Source: Minisyncoccota bacterium
Lineage (GTDB): Bacteria; Patescibacteriota; Minisyncoccia; UBA6257; JAGOQP01
Length of the DNA stretch: 64,000 bases
NCBI GenBank assembly: GCA_041661795.1
Contig: JBAZTS010000005.1
Location: forward strand, 768-64,767
Reading direction: 5' to 3'
The number at the start of each line of letters is the position of its first letter. Positions within the stretch are counted from its first letter, which is position 1. The notes beneath the pieces are model-generated. The model did not search any database. It worked only from the letters and a program-made list of their open reading frames with translations, and was not told the DNA's origin. Below, piece by piece: positions 9,955 through 20,164 of this stretch. The position numbers and the translations under genes were made by a program.

Positions 9955-11038
9955 CTAGAGATTTAATAAGTGTAATTTCCTTTTCCAATATATTTTTTAT
10001 ATCGTTATTTTTTAGAACAAAATCTCTAGCGTTTTTTGATATTTTTTCTCTAAGTTTTTTATCTTTTGTAAGCAATTCTATTTTGTGACAGATGTTTTCA
10101 GGGTTAAAATCACAAACAATTCCATTTTCTCTATCTTTTATAATCTGTTCGTGGCCGAGATATTTGCCGACAACACAGGCAAGTCCGCAGGACATAGCTT
10201 CTATAAGAACCTTTGGATATCCTTCTGAGAGAGAGGGGAGTAAGAAAATATCGGATTTCTGATAGTATTTTACAAGCTGATTATGTGGCACGGATGGGAT
10301 TATTTGATATCCGATATCGAGTTTAGCAATAAGATTTTTTTTAAGAGATCCATCTCCCACGAGAGTAATAAAATAATTAGAGCCGTTTTCTAAAATAGAT
10401 AGGGCTTCTGCCAGATTTAATATATTCTTTTCGGTCTCAAATCTTCCTATAAACAGTAAATTTATTTTTTTGTTTTCATTATTTATAGGTTTGAATATTT
10501 TAGTATCTACTCCATTGGGGAGTAGATTTATTTTCTTTTTATTAACCCCTCTTTTGAGCAGGTGATTTAGAGTGTTTTTATAAGTAACTATGTATTTATC
10601 GGGTCTATTGACCAAAAATCTTTCTAGAATATTCCAGATTATAGATTGTGTCTTTTTCTTTTGGGTTTTAAACAGATTGCCATAGATAAATCCGTAAGTG
10701 GCGATGATGGGTATTTTGTAAACAAATTTTGAGATGACGGCTGGAATTATGGGGGTCAACTGCATTAAGCGAATTACGGAACATTCTCTAATTTCTATTT
10801 TATTAATAAAGGGTAGAAAAAGATTATATAAATATGGGTTTATATTTCTTCTATTGGGAACCAGAAATACGTTCTTTATGGGAAAGCTATAAGTCTCGTT
10901 AATCCAACTGAAGATGTAAATTTTCTCAAAGTTTTTTGAGTATGGTTTTAAATAATATTCAATAAAGCGATTGTCTTGACCGACCCGCCTCATAATTTCC
11001 ATACTCTCCTTAAACGATAAAAATATGGCTAAATTCAT
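9941..11038 (-). CDS. Glycosyltransferase family 4 (GT-B fold)
   Basis: C-terminal EX7E-type motif PSLSEGYPKVLIEAMSCGLACVV. Overlaps the downstream gene by 14 nt. Confidence 0.75.
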   Translation of the reverse strand: MNLAIFLSFKESMEIMRRVGQDNRFIEYYLKPYSKNFEKIYIFSWINETYSFPIKNVFLVPNRRNINPYLYNLFLPFINKIEIRECSVIRLMQLTPIIPAVISKFVYKIPIIATYGFIYGNLFKTQKKKTQSIIWNILERFLVNRPDKYIVTYKNTLNHLLKRGVNKKKINLLPNGVDTKIFKPINNENKKINLLFIGRFETEKNILNLAEALSILENGSNYFITLVGDGSLKKNLIAKLDIGYQIIPSVPHNQLVKYYQKSDIFLLPSLSEGYPKVLIEAMSCGLACVVGKYLGHEQIIKDRENGIVCDFNPENICHKIELLTKDKKLREKISKNARDFVLKNNDIKNILEKEITLIKSLDETS

Positions 11039-11046
11039 TTTGATTT

Positions 11047-12051
11047 TTAAAACAATTTATTCTTAATTTTTGCCAAGAGCCAAATAATCTGAAGGTATAG
11101 AAAAACAAGCGTGTCTTGGTACCCAATTCTTTTTTTATTAGTATTCCCACCGGCGACAGATTTTATAAAAGTAACATATTCATTGCTTTTCTGAGACATT
11201 AAGTAATTCGGAATAGCTGAGAAATATTTTTGATAGTTCCTTAAAACCATCTCTATTTTATTTATAAAATCGTCTTTGCTGTTAAAAAGTTCTCCTCCCC
11301 TTCCGATTAATTCGGGATTCCCTCCGCTATTTAAAGCCACCACAGGAAGTCCGCAAGAAAGGGCTTCAATAATAGCATTAGAGCACGGCTCGTCTTTGTT
11401 GGGAGATATAAAAATGTCACTCTCTTTTAGTTCCTTAGCTATTGATTCAGAATCTAAAATTCCCAGTTCTTTGATGTTTTTAAATTCTATTGGAGATCTG
11501 CCTATGAAAATCATATCATACTTCTTCCAATCAAAATGATTGTCCAAGTATTGATAATATTCAAATCCTTTATTCCAGTTATCTGACCAGCTGACGGATA
11601 TTAACCTGGTTTTGGCTTCTTTATTAAAACCTTTCCTACCCTCTTGATTAAATATTTTATTATCAGGGGCGTTATAAATTATTATTTCCTGATTATCGCT
11701 TTTAAATCCCAATTTCTTTGATCTATCCAAACACCATTTTGATTGGAAAATTGTTCCGCTGGCTATTTTGGAATTGACATAAAATATTATTTTGTCTATT
11801 ATTTTATTTTTTCCTCTAACCAGAGAAATTGGCCCGTCAACCCGGTGAATAAACGTCTTGTTGGGATATTTTTTAGCCAGCTTCCAAACTTGAGATATAT
11901 CTTGAAAGCTGTTAAAAAGAATCACATCTGATTTTAATAGGTCTTTCTCGTAAATACCAAGGTTAATAAACTCGTTTCTAAGTCCCTTTAGAAACTGATT
12001 TCCTCCTCCCCAGGGGGAATTTTTTATTGGAAAAAATATATTAATTTTCAT
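11047..12051 (-). CDS. Glycosyltransferase family 4
   Basis: SPNKDEPCSNAIIEALSCGLPVVALNSGGNPE, a GT4 catalytic-domain signature. Confidence 0.7.
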   Translation of the reverse strand: MKINIFFPIKNSPWGGGNQFLKGLRNEFINLGIYEKDLLKSDVILFNSFQDISQVWKLAKKYPNKTFIHRVDGPISLVRGKNKIIDKIIFYVNSKIASGTIFQSKWCLDRSKKLGFKSDNQEIIIYNAPDNKIFNQEGRKGFNKEAKTRLISVSWSDNWNKGFEYYQYLDNHFDWKKYDMIFIGRSPIEFKNIKELGILDSESIAKELKESDIFISPNKDEPCSNAIIEALSCGLPVVALNSGGNPELIGRGGELFNSKDDFINKIEMVLRNYQKYFSAIPNYLMSQKSNEYVTFIKSVAGGNTNKKRIGYQDTLVFLYLQIIWLLAKIKNKLF

Positions 12052-13120
12052 TTCTTTTTGTTAATTCAATGATTTTGCTAATAGCTTCTTCCCAAGTAAA
12101 TTTTTTAACCCAATTTTTGCCCTGTTCCGAAAGTTTTTTAGCCAACTGAGGGTTTCTAATTATATTTTTTATTTCTCTTGCCCACAAATTCTTGTCTAAA
12201 GGAATAACAATACCTCCTTCTCCTACGGTTTCTGGCAAAGCTCCTCTGTCGCTGGCAACGACTGGAACTCCGAGGGCCATGGCCTCAAGAGGAGCCAAAC
12301 CAAATCCTTCCATTAAGGATGGAAAAACGAATATTTTAGATTGTCTGATTGCCTGATCTTTTTCTTTGTTTTTCAGGTTCGAGAGAATAAATATATTATT
12401 TTCTAATCCTAGCTTCTTTATTTTATACCCCAATTTATTTTTTAGTGGTCCATTTCCTATAATATTTAGCTTGATCCCGTCATTTTTTAATTCTCTCATC
12501 AATTCGATCAGAAAATTTACATTTTTTCTTTTTATTAATTTTCCGCAGAAGGATATTTCGTTTTGTCTTTTAACTGCAATTGGCTCTGGCTGGTCAATTC
12601 CGGGATAAATTATAGATATTTTCTCTTTCTTAATTTTGTAATCGGTTTTTATCTGTTGAGCTGTTGTTTGTGAAGAGGTGATTATATGATCCCATTTATT
12701 GATAAACATTCTATCTATTAAATTAAAGACGATTTTGTCTTCGAAATGAAAATAAGTAGTAACCAGTTTAACTTCTTTAGCAAATACGTTTTTAAATATC
12801 CATGCGCCTATACCTACATAATAGGGAGAATGAATTCTTAAAATCTTGAAATGAGTTTTTTTGTATATGGATATTAATTGGAGGATTATCGCTAAGTTAA
12901 AAAGATATGAATAGTGAATGAAAGGAATTTTTATATGGTGGACAAACCAATTTTTTTGATTTTGGTCATATTCTTTTCCGTAAGGAAGGATAATTTCTAC
13001 TTTTACACCTTTGTCGGCTAATCCCTTTAATATTTTCTCGTCATAAACCTCTCCACCGGCATCGGAATTTGGTTTTAATCCATATTGAGGAGAACATATA
13101 ACAATATCTTGTTTTTTCAT
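12041..13120 (-). CDS. Glycosyltransferase family 4
   Basis: FPSLMEGFGLAPLEAMALGVPVVASDRGALPE. Overlaps its neighbours by 4-11 nt. Confidence 0.75.
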   Translation of the reverse strand: MKKQDIVICSPQYGLKPNSDAGGEVYDEKILKGLADKGVKVEIILPYGKEYDQNQKNWFVHHIKIPFIHYSYLFNLAIILQLISIYKKTHFKILRIHSPYYVGIGAWIFKNVFAKEVKLVTTYFHFEDKIVFNLIDRMFINKWDHIITSSQTTAQQIKTDYKIKKEKISIIYPGIDQPEPIAVKRQNEISFCGKLIKRKNVNFLIELMRELKNDGIKLNIIGNGPLKNKLGYKIKKLGLENNIFILSNLKNKEKDQAIRQSKIFVFPSLMEGFGLAPLEAMALGVPVVASDRGALPETVGEGGIVIPLDKNLWAREIKNIIRNPQLAKKLSEQGKNWVKKFTWEEAISKIIELTKRNEN

Positions 13121-13812
13121 TTTCTTATTATCGCCAAAAATCTAACCACAAAACCCATTAAAAGCATAAGTGATCGATTTCTGGAAGTTATACCTGTTTT
13201 ATTTTGTCTATATTTTAACAGAAACTGGGGAATATTGGCTGTTTTAAACTTGGAAACTATCCGCGTCCACAATTCGTAGTCCTCAACGTGTTTGAGCTTG
13301 GGATTATATAATCCAACCGTTTCCATGATTTCCTTTTTGAACATTACCGAGGGATGTATAAAAGGATTGTGGAATATTATTCTTCTTTTAATTTCTTCGT
13401 TGTTTATTGGAGTTTTGTATTCTCCCATTTCTTCTCCTTTTTCGTCTATTATTTTTGCCCAAGTTCCACAAATAGCTATTTCTTTGTTTAATTCTAAAAA
13501 TTTTATCTGTTCCTCTAATCGGGTTGGTAGAGAAATATCATCAGCGTCCATTCTGGCAATATAACTTCCCTTGGACATTTTAATTCCTTCATTCAATGAA
13601 TGGGTTAGTCCCTTATTCTCTCTGGAAATTATTTTTATGCGTGGATCTTGGTATGTTTTGATTGTATCTAAAGATTTGTCGGTTGAACCGTCATTTATGA
13701 TTATGAATTCGAAATCGGTAAATGTCTGGCTTAAGATGCTGTTTATAGCTCCTTTTAAGAATTTTTCTCCGTTATAAACAGACATTACAACGCTGATTTT
13801 TGGGTTATTCAT
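13117..13812 (-). CDS. Glycosyltransferase family 2
   Basis: ISVVMSVYNGEKFLKGAINSILSQTFTDFEFIIINDGSTD and ARMDADDIS (DXD). Confidence 0.8.
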   Translation of the reverse strand: MNNPKISVVMSVYNGEKFLKGAINSILSQTFTDFEFIIINDGSTDKSLDTIKTYQDPRIKIISRENKGLTHSLNEGIKMSKGSYIARMDADDISLPTRLEEQIKFLELNKEIAICGTWAKIIDEKGEEMGEYKTPINNEEIKRRIIFHNPFIHPSVMFKKEIMETVGLYNPKLKHVEDYELWTRIVSKFKTANIPQFLLKYRQNKTGITSRNRSLMLLMGFVVRFLAIIRK

Positions 13813-14927
13813 AATAAATTGTTATATTCCTCTACCATTTTATCTAACGAAAATTTTTGGCTATTTTCTTGGTTTTTCTTCCCGTATTCGCTTCTGACTG
13901 GTTCGTTTTTTATAAGAAAGTTAATTTTTTCAAAAACCTCCTTTTTATTTTCCAAAGAAAATAATTGTCTTTTGTCGTCGTTTAAAATTTCGGAGTTTCC
14001 TCCCGTATCTGATGCCAAAACAGGCAGTCCGGCTTTAGTCGCCTCTATCATTGTTAACGATAGTCCCTCATAGATTGAAGGAAGTATAAAGATATCAAAC
14101 CCTCCAAGAAGCTCTGAGGCGTTTTTTATACCACCCAGCATAAAGAAGTTGCTCTCAATATTTAATTTGGATATAAAATTTTGATAACGTGGTTTCTCTG
14201 GTCCGTCTCCTATTAGAATAAAAGCCGTATCGGGATTTTCTTTGATAAGCACTGGGGCGGTTTCCATTAGTAATTCATAATTTTTGGGATAAGCTAATCT
14301 GCCTATTGATCCAATAATTAGTTTATTTGTTAATTTTTCTCCGATTATTTTCTCAAATATTTCTACACTTTCTTTTTTCGGAAGGAAATTTGCGTCTAAA
14401 CCGTTATGGATTATTTGTCCTCTTTTTATTAGTTTTGTTTTTAAAGCATATTCTAAATTGGTTTTGCTGACAAAAATATTTTTATCAACCAGAGGAAGTA
14501 ACAATTTAAACATTAACCAAAGAAAAAATTTGGACAAATGTTTTTTTGAATTTGGGTCTAAAAAGGATAATCCGTGGTGAGTAAATATTATTTGGGGTCT
14601 ATTTTTAACAAAACGCGCTCCAAGAGCGATAAAAAGAGCATTGGAACTATTAATTTGAATAACGTCAAATTGGGACTCAATGATATATTTTCTGGATTCT
14701 AAAACAAAAAACAAATTTTTTAGGGGAGAAAAACTTCTTGATAAGTTATAAAATCTTTTAAAATCTATCTTTTCTTCAGCCGCCGAATTTTCCAAAAAAT
14801 CTCCTTTATCATTGCCGATGGCTAAAGTTATAAAGTGTCCTTTATTTTTTAATCCGATGGCCAAATTTTTTGCAAAAATTTGAGCGCCTCCAAGTTCTCC
14901 TTTAGTTGTTACTATTAATATTTTCAT
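13809..14927 (-). CDS. Glycosyltransferase family 4
   Basis: PSIYEGLSLTMIEATKAGLPVLASDTGGNSE; N-terminal GT4 donor-binding-like region. Confidence 0.75.
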   Translation of the reverse strand: MKILIVTTKGELGGAQIFAKNLAIGLKNKGHFITLAIGNDKGDFLENSAAEEKIDFKRFYNLSRSFSPLKNLFFVLESRKYIIESQFDVIQINSSNALFIALGARFVKNRPQIIFTHHGLSFLDPNSKKHLSKFFLWLMFKLLLPLVDKNIFVSKTNLEYALKTKLIKRGQIIHNGLDANFLPKKESVEIFEKIIGEKLTNKLIIGSIGRLAYPKNYELLMETAPVLIKENPDTAFILIGDGPEKPRYQNFISKLNIESNFFMLGGIKNASELLGGFDIFILPSIYEGLSLTMIEATKAGLPVLASDTGGNSEILNDDKRQLFSLENKKEVFEKINFLIKNEPVRSEYGKKNQENSQKFSLDKMVEEYNNLL

Positions 14928-16425
14928 CTTTTGGGACCGACAAATTTCTTACTGACTCAATTATTTTCCAAGTAAATTCTTCTTTAAACAAAGTCAACAT
15001 TGAGACGTAGATTAGTCCTCCAAGCAATATATTTATAATTATATTAACTCCCATCAAATCCAACAGATAAACGGCTATGCCCATAGCAATAAGAGAAAAT
15101 AAGGGCTTTGACCAATTAAACTTTGGGAAAATGTTAATTTCTTTGGAGAGTGAGAAATATAAATAACAAAGACCTATTATTTGATTAATTACAGTTGAAA
15201 GAGCTGCTCCGGCTATTCCCCATTGCGGTATAAAAATGATATTAAATAAAGCGTTCCCTAGGGTTGATAAGATGACATATTTTAATAATATTTTCTCTTT
15301 TCTTATGGCAAAAATAGCGTTTCCAAAAACCGTTGCTATAAAAGCGGGAAGATAAGTTAGATTCATTAAGAGAAAAGCGGTAACTCCCGGCAAGTATTCT
15401 GCGCCATACAGAAGAGATATTATTGATTTAGAGAGTATTATTCCTCCCAAAGATAAAGGGGCTGCCAGTAAGATGAGGGCATAAATCTCCTGTTTAGAAA
15501 GATAAGAGAATCTTTCTTTGTCTTGATAGCTTTTGGCAAGTGATGGAAAAAAAGCGGTAGCGATAAGAGCGGGGATTATATAAATTAACTGGACTATTCT
15601 TTGTCCGGCGCTGTAATATCCCACATCTTCTATATTAGAGAGCCATCCTATCATTACAGAATCGGTATTGAGCATTATGGCTCCCACAAGTCCCATCATC
15701 CCAAAAACCCAGCTTGATTTAAATATTTCTTTGACAAAAGAGAAAGAAAAATTCTTAAAGGGATTTTTGATAAAGCGTCTAAAGGGAATAAAAGCAACTA
15801 TCATACCTAGTCCCGTTCCAATAATGTATCCCAAAGCCAATGATTTTCCCGAAGCAACGTTGTTAATGGCTATAAATCCGGCAATAACAATAATTACATT
15901 TGTAAAAATTTGAATAAAAGATTCTATTTCCATTTTTTCCCAAGCGCGACATAAAGAAGCGCCAAAATCTCTTAGTGTATCAAAGAGAACCACCAGTATC
16001 ATTAAGGGAACTAACATGGCCACCAAGTTGGCGTCTGCTTGGGAAGATGTGATATGGGGAGCTAATAAAGGATAAACAACAACTAAAATTATTCCTATCA
16101 AAAGACCCATAAAAATCTTTAAAGCCAAAGCGGTAGAAAAATATTTTTCCTGTTTTGATTTATCGGAGGCGGCTTCTCTTGTTATAACCGCGTTTATTCC
16201 AAAATCGGCAAAAATGGTGAAAAAAGCGGCAATACTCAAAGCATAATTAAAAGCTCCAAATTCGGTGGCTCCAATAACTCGGGCGGCATATATCAAAATA
16301 GCTGCTCTTATTAAGCGGGATATGATGTTTCCAAAAAACAGCCAAAAAGTGTTTTTAACTATTGTCTGCTTGGCGGTTTTATTTTCAAATAGAAATGACT
16401 TTATCTTATTCATTTTATATTTCAA
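14902..16425 (-). CDS. Polysaccharide/oligosaccharide flippase of the Wzx/MOP (PST) family
   Basis: 507 aa with ~12-14 TM helices and Wzx-like organisation. It sits inside the glycosyltransferase cluster. Confidence 0.7.
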   Translation of the reverse strand: MKYKMNKIKSFLFENKTAKQTIVKNTFWLFFGNIISRLIRAAILIYAARVIGATEFGAFNYALSIAAFFTIFADFGINAVITREAASDKSKQEKYFSTALALKIFMGLLIGIILVVVYPLLAPHITSSQADANLVAMLVPLMILVVLFDTLRDFGASLCRAWEKMEIESFIQIFTNVIIVIAGFIAINNVASGKSLALGYIIGTGLGMIVAFIPFRRFIKNPFKNFSFSFVKEIFKSSWVFGMMGLVGAIMLNTDSVMIGWLSNIEDVGYYSAGQRIVQLIYIIPALIATAFFPSLAKSYQDKERFSYLSKQEIYALILLAAPLSLGGIILSKSIISLLYGAEYLPGVTAFLLMNLTYLPAFIATVFGNAIFAIRKEKILLKYVILSTLGNALFNIIFIPQWGIAGAALSTVINQIIGLCYLYFSLSKEINIFPKFNWSKPLFSLIAMGIAVYLLDLMGVNIIINILLGGLIYVSMLTLFKEEFTWKIIESVRNLSVPKDENINSNN

Positions 16426-16463
16426 ACTCTTTACCCTTACCCCTTATCTCTTTACTCTATCTT

Positions 16464-17741
16464 TTAATAGTTGAAAAATACCATTTTTATGGTTCTTAAT
16501 ATTATCAGAAGATCCAAAGTTAACGAGCGATTCTTTATATAATAAATATCATACTGCATTTTGTTTCTGGTTTCTTCTACGGATAATCCATATCGATAAT
16601 TAACTTGAGCCCAGCCGGTCAGTCCGGGTTTTATTAAATGTCTTAAGTTGTAGTAGGGTATCTGCTTTTCAAATTCTTTAACAAATCCCAGCTGTTCCGG
16701 TCTTGGCCCTACAAAAGAAATATCTCCTTTGATTATATTAAGTAGCTGTGGGATTTCATCTAAATGAGTAAACCTAAGCACTTTTCCAATGGCAATAATT
16801 TTTTGGTCTTTTTCGTCAGTCATAGTTCTGAATTTGTAGATGATAAAATTTTTCTGGTTTTTACCCACGCGAACCTGTTTATATATTCCGGGTCCCCTTG
16901 AAGTAATTTTTATCAATACAAAAATTATCACCATTAAAGGCAAAAGAACAATCGCTAAGACCAAAGATATAAGAAATTCCAAAGGTCTTTTTATGGCTTG
17001 GTATATTTTTCTGCTTTTGGATATCTGGGTCATTAGAAAAATTTTCTGGCTTTCTTCTATGGGAGTTTTTTTAAACAATTCTTCATAAGCGGTAGCGCTG
17101 TCGGTTATTTCTAGTCCTTGTGATATTTTGTCATAAATAGTTTCAATTATATTTTTATTAACCAAATGAGGAACAAATATTATCTTGTTAATCTGATTTT
17201 CTCCTATAATCTTTTTTATTTCCAAATCGTTGTATTTATCGGGATCTTTTATTTGATAACTAATTTCATATCCCATCTGGGGATTTTTAATAAGAAATTC
17301 TGTCAGCTCTGATATTTCAGGACCAGTCCCAATTATCAGTGTTTTTCTTTGTGGGGTTTTTGAGATAAAACTGAAAATCCATCTCCAAGCAAAGGTAACT
17401 ACCATAAACAAAAATGAAAAAATAACCAAGTTTGTTTTTGGAGAGATGTAGAAATAAGGCACTAAGTAGAAAGTGACAATAGCCAAAATCATTCCTACCA
17501 GAACAGCCAAAAAAACGTTTTGGGCTATGTTATATCCAAATTTTAATTCTTTTATGTCATAGAGCCCTACTATATAGAAAGATATCAGCCACAACACAAA
17601 AACCACTGAAAATGGTCCCAAATGGTCCCCAAGAAAGCGGTTTATATCGCCGTATCTTAATAATAAGGTTAAAAACAGACAGCCATACAACAAAATTATA
17701 TCTCCGGCAATAAGTAGAATTTGCTTTATTCTTATCGGCAT
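16464..17741 (-). CDS. Undecaprenyl-phosphate sugar phosphotransferase (bacterial sugar transferase, WbaP/WsaP-like initiating enzyme)
   Basis: N-terminal TM helices plus the C-terminal Bac_transf signature ...FRTMTDEKD...FVGPRPEQLGFVKEFEKQIPYYNLRHLIKPGLTGWAQVNYR. Confidence 0.8.
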   Translation of the reverse strand: MPIRIKQILLIAGDIILLYGCLFLTLLLRYGDINRFLGDHLGPFSVVFVLWLISFYIVGLYDIKELKFGYNIAQNVFLAVLVGMILAIVTFYLVPYFYISPKTNLVIFSFLFMVVTFAWRWIFSFISKTPQRKTLIIGTGPEISELTEFLIKNPQMGYEISYQIKDPDKYNDLEIKKIIGENQINKIIFVPHLVNKNIIETIYDKISQGLEITDSATAYEELFKKTPIEESQKIFLMTQISKSRKIYQAIKRPLEFLISLVLAIVLLPLMVIIFVLIKITSRGPGIYKQVRVGKNQKNFIIYKFRTMTDEKDQKIIAIGKVLRFTHLDEIPQLLNIIKGDISFVGPRPEQLGFVKEFEKQIPYYNLRHLIKPGLTGWAQVNYRYGLSVEETRNKMQYDIYYIKNRSLTLDLLIILRTIKMVFFNY

Positions 17742-17794
17742 TTTATAATGGGCGTACTTTATTATTAAACATTGCTTAGTATAATCTTATCCTT

Positions 17795-18544
17795 ATGGAA
17801 AACACAAATCAAAGCAAAAACGGTCTTGTAATAGCCGGTAGTATAATAGTCGCTGGAGTTATCATTGCTGTTGCTTTAATCTATGCTGTCGGTTCGGGAA
17901 ACGGAGGAAACGTTGATGACAATAAAGATAATCCTGACAATAATACTGTCGTTGCCCAAGTGGGGGATGCTCCGGTATTAGGAGAAGAAAAGGCGCCTGT
18001 TACCATGATTGAGTTTGGAGATTTTCAGTGCCCGGCCTGTAACGTTTTTTATCAACAAATAGAACCTCTTTTAAGAGAAAATTACATAAATACTGGGAAA
18101 GCTAAGATGGCTTTTAAAACCCTTACTTTTATAGACAGCTTTGATGGAAGCAAAGACCCTAAAGAATCTTTTCTGGCCGGATCAGCCGGTGAATGCGCTA
18201 AAGAACAAGGAAAATTTTGGGCTATGCACGATGCTATTTATCAAGCCGAGAAAAAAGAAATGGACTTGGAGACCAGTTCAGAGAATAATGGAAATCTTGA
18301 TAAAGATTTCTTTCTAAAAACCGCCAAGGATCTAGAACTGGACGAAAATAAATTTCTTTCTTGTTTTAGCGACTCTTCAAAACATTTAAAAACTTTTGAG
18401 GATAATATGGGAGAAGCTGACGAGCTTATGGGAGGAAGAGTTTCTACTCCGACGTTATTTATCAACGGAAAAATGATTCAGGGTGTTTCACAATGGAGTG
18501 ATTATCAAAAAGCGATAGATGAGGCACTTGCTAAAACCAATTAA
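17795..18544 (+). CDS. Membrane-anchored thiol:disulfide oxidoreductase of the DsbA/BdbD family
   Basis: N-terminal TM helix and the thioredoxin-fold active site FGDFQCPACNVF. Confidence 0.75.
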   Translation: MENTNQSKNGLVIAGSIIVAGVIIAVALIYAVGSGNGGNVDDNKDNPDNNTVVAQVGDAPVLGEEKAPVTMIEFGDFQCPACNVFYQQIEPLLRENYINTGKAKMAFKTLTFIDSFDGSKDPKESFLAGSAGECAKEQGKFWAMHDAIYQAEKKEMDLETSSENNGNLDKDFFLKTAKDLELDENKFLSCFSDSSKHLKTFEDNMGEADELMGGRVSTPTLFINGKMIQGVSQWSDYQKAIDEALAKTN

Positions 18545-18594
18545 CAGTTATCAACTTACAACTAACATAATTATTATTAATAATTTTAAATATT

Positions 18595-18837
18595 ATGGTA
18601 AAAATATATTCAACAGAGACCTGTCCTTACTGCGAGTTGGCTAAAAAATATTTTAGCAAAATAAACGTTGAGTACCAGGAGTTTAATGTTCAGAAAGACG
18701 AGGAATCCTTCAAAGAAATGGTCAAAAAATCATCCCAAATGGGAGTTCCAGTAATAGACATAGACGGAACGATTATTGTTGGTTTTGACAGAGAAGCCAT
18801 TGATCATGCTTTGGGGATAGCAGACCATCAACACTAA
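18595..18837 (+). CDS. Glutaredoxin-like protein (NrdH/Grx family)
   Basis: 80 aa with CPYC near the N-terminus (YSTETCPYCELAKKYF) and a GVPVI motif. Confidence 0.75.
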   Translation: MVKIYSTETCPYCELAKKYFSKINVEYQEFNVQKDEESFKEMVKKSSQMGVPVIDIDGTIIVGFDREAIDHALGIADHQH

Positions 18838-18841
18838 TTCT

Positions 18842-19753
18842 ATGTACGATCTTATAATAATTGGAGGAGGACCCTCAGGAGTTGCTGCTGGAATATATGC
18901 CTCAAGAAAGGCCTTAAAAGCCCTTCTTTTGACTAAAGATTTTGGCGGACAATCAATTAATTCGGCCAGTATAGAAAATTTTATAGGATTTAAATCAATT
19001 TCCGGAATTGATTTTGCCAAAAACCTTGAGGAGCACTTGAGGGCTCAAAAAGGAATAGAAATAAAAGATGGAGTTTTTGTAACCTCTATTAAAAAAGACG
19101 AGCAAGGTTTTAAGATAACCGACTCACAGGGGAACGTCTTTCAATCAAAGACGATTCTTATTACTTTAGGAAGCAGTTATAAAAAACTTAATATTCCCGG
19201 GGAAAAAGAATTTGAGGGCAAAGGAGTTTTTTATTGCTCTATTTGCGATGCTCCGTTGATGAAAGATAAGGTTGTGGCAGTTATCGGGGGAGGCAATAGT
19301 GGACTTGAGTCGGCTATGGACCTAGTCCCTTATGCTTCTAAAATTTTCATACTTGAACATTCCGACAAACCCAAAGGGGATCAGGTGACATTGGAAAAGA
19401 TAGTTTCTAGTGGCAAAGTTGAATTACTTACTAACTCTAAAACGGAAAAAATTGAAGGCGAGCAATTCGTTAATAGTTTGGAGTATATAGATTCAAAAAG
19501 TGGAGAAAAGAAAAGATTAGAAGTTTCAGGAATTTTTGTGGCTATTGGATATAAACCCAACACCGATTTAGTTAAAGATCTGGTAAAACTGGATGATTAC
19601 GGAAGAATTGTTGTTGATCATAGAACTTATCAGACGTCTTGTACTGGAATTTGGGCGGCGGGAGATATAACCGATGGGCTTTATAACCAGATAAATCCAG
19701 CCATAGGTGACGCCATTAAGGCCGTTTTGAATATAAACGATTTTCTTAAGTAA
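18842..19753 (+). CDS. trxB: Thioredoxin-disulfide reductase
   Basis: FAD motif IIGGGPSGVAAGIYASR, redox CxxC in YCSICDAP, NAD(P) motif AVIGGGNSGLESA, and C-terminal GIWAAGD. Confidence 0.85.
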   Translation: MYDLIIIGGGPSGVAAGIYASRKALKALLLTKDFGGQSINSASIENFIGFKSISGIDFAKNLEEHLRAQKGIEIKDGVFVTSIKKDEQGFKITDSQGNVFQSKTILITLGSSYKKLNIPGEKEFEGKGVFYCSICDAPLMKDKVVAVIGGGNSGLESAMDLVPYASKIFILEHSDKPKGDQVTLEKIVSSGKVELLTNSKTEKIEGEQFVNSLEYIDSKSGEKKRLEVSGIFVAIGYKPNTDLVKDLVKLDDYGRIVVDHRTYQTSCTGIWAAGDITDGLYNQINPAIGDAIKAVLNINDFLK

Positions 19754-19804
19754 ACCCGTTCGCTCTGTTATAAAAGGGGCGATTTTTTGTTATAATAAAC
19801 AGTA

Positions 19805-20161
19805 ATGATTTTCATATTTGTCATTAAAACCGTTTACTACCGATTCCTTTATTTTTTCAAACACTGGTATGTGGACAGTTTTTATGTGATTAAGGGATGG
19901 ACTATGGGGCGCGTTAGAATCTTGGAAAAACGCTTAGCTCTTAGAATAAATCTTCATTTTTTATTTTCTCCCCTTTATCAGGAATATAATATATACGGGT
20001 ATGTTTTAGGTTTTCTTTTCAGATTATTTAAGATTATTACTGGGGGAATTTTCTATTTAATATTAGTGTTGTTGGGGGCTTTTGTTTATCTAGCGTGGAT
20101 TATCATCCCATTGTTTTTTGTTTATAAAATCTTTTTTGATGGCGTTAATTTAAATTTCTAA
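19805..20161 (+). CDS. Hypothetical small membrane protein; start uncertain (could be the internal Met at ~19904)
   Basis: Hydrophobic ORF upstream of the Clp-like gene. No recognisable family. Confidence 0.3.
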   Translation: MIFIFVIKTVYYRFLYFFKHWYVDSFYVIKGWTMGRVRILEKRLALRINLHFLFSPLYQEYNIYGYVLGFLFRLFKIITGGIFYLILVLLGAFVYLAWIIIPLFFVYKIFFDGVNLNF

Positions 20162-20164
20162 AAA

